A stretch of 64,000 bases of DNA from the NCBI GenBank assembly GCA_026025075.1, contig JAPEUI010000068.1:1-64000 (forward strand), written 5' to 3'. A program made the translations under genes and the position numbers. This document shows positions 60,705 through 64,000 of the stretch, piece after piece; position 1 is the stretch's first letter; every line of letters begins with the position of its first letter. The notes below the pieces were generated by a model. It worked only from the letters and a program-made list of their open reading frames with translations, was not told the origin of the DNA and ran no database searches. The DNA comes from Vezdaea acicularis. Taxonomy: Eukaryota.

Positions 60705-62929
60705 ATGCCCCGACCCGGCGTAAGCCTCTGGTGCGCATTTGTTCCCCGACAAAATCCTTTCAAGCAATCGGCGCGCATCCAAGTGCGCACATTCAACGTC
60801 ACAAACAGTAAACAACGCATACAAGTACTCAAAGCCAGTAGAATGGCCACATCAACCACCAAAACCGGTGAGCCACTCGATCGACCAACCTTGGATTCCC
60901 TACTCCGGCGTAGGCTATTCTACACCCCTTCTTTCGAAGCTTATGGTGGTGTCTCGGGACTCTACGACTATGGCCCGCCAGGATGCTCCCTACAAGCCAA
61001 TATCGTCGAATTATGGAGGAAACACTTTGTTTTGGAAGAAGATATGCTGGAGGTTGACTGCACTATGTTGACACCAGCAGAGGTTCTCAAGACTAGTGGG
61101 CACGTGGACAAGTTTGCCGACTGGATGTGCAAGGATCCAAAGACGGGTGAGATATTCAGGGCAGATCATCTCGTCGAGGAAGTTCTTGAGGCGCGGCTTA
61201 AAGGCGACAAGGAAGCCAGAGGTCTCAAGATCGAGCGAGATGAGGAAGCCGAAGCGAAAAAGAAGAAGAAAAAGGTCAAAGAGACCAAGGCAGTCAAATT
61301 AGAGGATTCAAAGGTGAAGGAGTATGAAGAGATTCTGGCCAAGGTGACATATAACACCAATCTTCTAAATACTGTTTCTCTGACATGAGTTACATAGATC
61401 GACAATTACGACGGCGAAGGCCTTGGCAAATTTATAAAAGAGCACGATATTAGGAATCCAGGCACTGGCGGCGAGGTGCAGCCTCCCGTAGCATTTAACT
61501 TGATGTTTCAAACCTCAATTGGACCAAGCAGTAATTTACCGGGGTATTTACGGCCAGAAACTGCACAGGGCCAATTCTTGACATTCCAGAAATTACTAGA
61601 ATTCAATCAACAGAGTATGCCATTTGCCTCCGCCTCTATTGGAAAATCCTTCCGCAATGAGATATCCCCTCGATCTGGTCTCTTACGAGTTCGAGAGTTC
61701 CTAATGGCTGAAATCGAGCATTTCGTGGACCCGCAGGGCGGCAAGAAGCATGACAGATTTGACGAAGTGAAAGACGTTGAACTCACGCTATTGAACCGCA
61801 AGGTGCAGCTCGAAGGTCGCACAACCGTTGAAAAGATGTCTATAGGCAAGGCAGTTCAGACCGGACTCGTTGACAATGAAACACTGGGCTACTTCCTTGC
61901 GAGAATCCAGCTCTTCTTGAAGAAGCTGGGTATAGACCAGTCCAAACTGCGATTCAGGCAGCATATGGCAAACGAGATGGCGCATTATGCAGCGGACTGC
62001 TGGGACGCAGAGCTGTTCACAAGCTACGGATGGATCGAATGCGTGGGTTGCGCCGACCGAAGTGCTTACGATCTGACAGTGCACGCCAAGAAGACCGGAG
62101 CGGCCTTATGCGTGCGTGAGACTCGAGCAGAGCCCCTTCGGATAGAAGAATGGCAATTAGACCTGAACAAGAAGAAGTTCGGGCCATTCTTCAAGAAGGA
62201 CGGCAAGAAAGTCGAAATCGCGATCGAGGCGACAAGCCAAGAGGAAAGGGAAAAGCTCGCGGGCGAGTTGGAAAAGAATGGGAAACTGGTCCTGAGCGTG
62301 CCCGACGTCGCCGATGGTAAAGTGGAAATCAGCAAGGATCTTATCGGCATCGTCAAGCGCACAAGGGTGGAGAACGTGCGGGAATACACCCCTAACGTGA
62401 TCGAGCCCTCCTTTGGCATCGGCCGAATACTCTACTGTCTCCTGGAGCACGTCTACTGGACGCGCCCCGGCAGCGAAGAGCGCGGCGTAAGCCCACCCCC
62501 CTTTCCGCACAGTCCTCAAAGCTAACGCTACTACCATCCTAGGTCCTCTCCTTCCCCCCGCCCCACTCCCCCACCAAAGTCCTAATCGTCCCTCTCTCGA
62601 CCAACGCCGCCTTCAAGCCGATCGTGCGGCAAATCTCGCACGACCTCCGCGCCCTCGGCGTCTCCAACCGCATTGACGACTCCAGCGCCAGCATCGGCAA
62701 GCGCTACTCCCGCAACGACGAGCTCGGCACTCCCCTCGGCATCACCGTCGACTTCCAGAGCGTCCGCGACGGCACCCTCACCCTCCGCGACCGCGACTCG
62801 ACCAAGCAGGTCCGCGCCACTGTCAGCGAGGTCTTGGCCGCGGTCAAGAGTCTGGTCGAGGCTCACGAGGCCTGGGAGGATGTTATGAAGCGGTTGCCGG
62901 AGTTCACGGAGCAGCTCGTTGAGGATTAG
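60705..62929 (+). CDS. GRS1: glycyl-tRNA synthetase, 3 exons
   Basis: YGGVSGLYDYGPPG, SGHVDKFAD, YLRPETAQG, FRNEISPR, EMAHYA, VIEPSFGIGR, YSRNDELG. Confidence 0.96.
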
Positions 62930-63099
62930 AGGGATTTACTGAGCGGCAGATAGATTTTGTAAAAAAGAAGGATCCTGCTAAAAGGATTGAGATTCGTGAT
63001 TTCATCGTCTATTGATTTCTGGCCTTCTGGGGTATAATTCTAAACAAGCCCGTTAACTCCTTCCCTTATGACATAGCGACAGCCACGGGTACGCCGCCC

Positions 63100-63262
63100 A
63101 GTTCTACTTCATCCCCCAATTTCTTCTAACTTTCCCCCCCCTTCTTCGCCATCCCCCATCTCTTCTTCTTCCCCCAATTTCTTCTTCATCCACTCGTTTC
63201 TTCTTCATCCCTCCATATCTCCTTCACCCCCCTTTTCATCTCCATCCCCCCATATCTTCTTC
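63100..63262. repeat. CT-rich low-complexity degenerate repeat (TTCTTCATCCCCC-like)
   Basis: Pyrimidine-rich recurring units between two convergent genes. Confidence 0.7.
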
Positions 63263-63275
63263 TGCTCTCGGATTT

Positions 63276-64000
63276 TCAGGCGGGCTTCTGCGCAATCACA
63301 AAATGCCTGGCTCGAACAAACCATTACACATCAGCTTCCCTTTAACAGACAACAGAGATATACGGAAAAGTTCAAATACAGAAAATCGAAAGAATCTTAC
63401 ACTTCCGTGCTCAAGCCGGCGAACCCACCCGCCACCTCCCTCTTAGCGCGCTCCACGACCCGATCGACCCTCTCCTTCGGCCAACCGATCCTGGTCAACG
63501 GCCTCAAGACAGTCGCCTCGATTCCCTCGAGCACGGCAACCAACCACATCTTGCCCAACGCCTTCTGCGCGGGGTCATCTGGCCAGTCGCCGACTGGGAC
63601 CTGGAGGATTGTGCGCTGAATATTGTCGAACCCGGCTCTCTCCAGCATCCCGAACGGCGGCGCAATGTGTCTGAGGTCGCTTGGTCGTGCGGCCGACATC
63701 CGATACTGCCTCTTTCCCGCCTCCAGCTCATCCCACGCAGACGCGTACTCGGTATCGCTTTGAGCGTCTAGCGCGCCACGGGGCTCTACATTTCCCACAA
63801 CATCTTCTGGCAATCCACGGGGTCGCGGCACCTCGCCCAGCTCGACAATCTCCACCCACCCGCCGGGCTTGAGCGCCTTGTGCATCTTGCGATAGATCTC
63901 CTCCCAGCGCTCGAAACTGCCTGCCACGTCGCGCGCGTGTACGAGATCGAACGCCGCCCCGCCAAACGTCCAATCCTGGGCCTCGAAATCGTCGACTTCG
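63276..64000 (-). CDS. SAM-dependent methyltransferase (fungal LaeA/TAM-like), 3' part only
   Basis: FDLVHAR, W...Y......LKPGGWVEIVE, AGF, PVG.WP.DP..K.LG; last exon HFVIAQKPA*; runs off the window end. Confidence 0.85.

Overview
Intron-containing filamentous ascomycete (Pezizomycotina-type) genomic DNA with two contrasting halves. About 3-29 kb is an accessory, immunity-flavoured island. It holds a secreted Cys-rich protein; a head-to-head pair of a probable DXO/Rai1-like PD-(D/E)xK nuclease and a ~2,320-aa ZNFX1-type SF1 helicase fused to three CbbX/SpoVK-type AAA+ modules; an orphan multi-TM protein; a NACHT NLR with 24 x 34-aa ankyrin repeats showing shuffled hypervariable positions; a Cys-rich microprotein; and a non-RD kinase. 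Two direct copies of a MITE-like element built from palindromic 46-bp subrepeats (~6.9 kb and ~26.9 kb) bracket 20 kb of this island, which ends at an intron-containing tRNA-Ala(AGC). About 29.5-64 kb is mostly housekeeping: DUF89/ARMT1-like phosphatase, acyltransferase, POS5, CLA4, DCP1, OCRL-like 5-phosphatase, RPA49, RPL41, RPF1, GRS1 and a partial methyltransferase. That half also has two divergent paralogues of an uncharacterised family and a CYSTM microprotein. Gene models were spliced by eye; family assignments come from motif recognition, not database searches.
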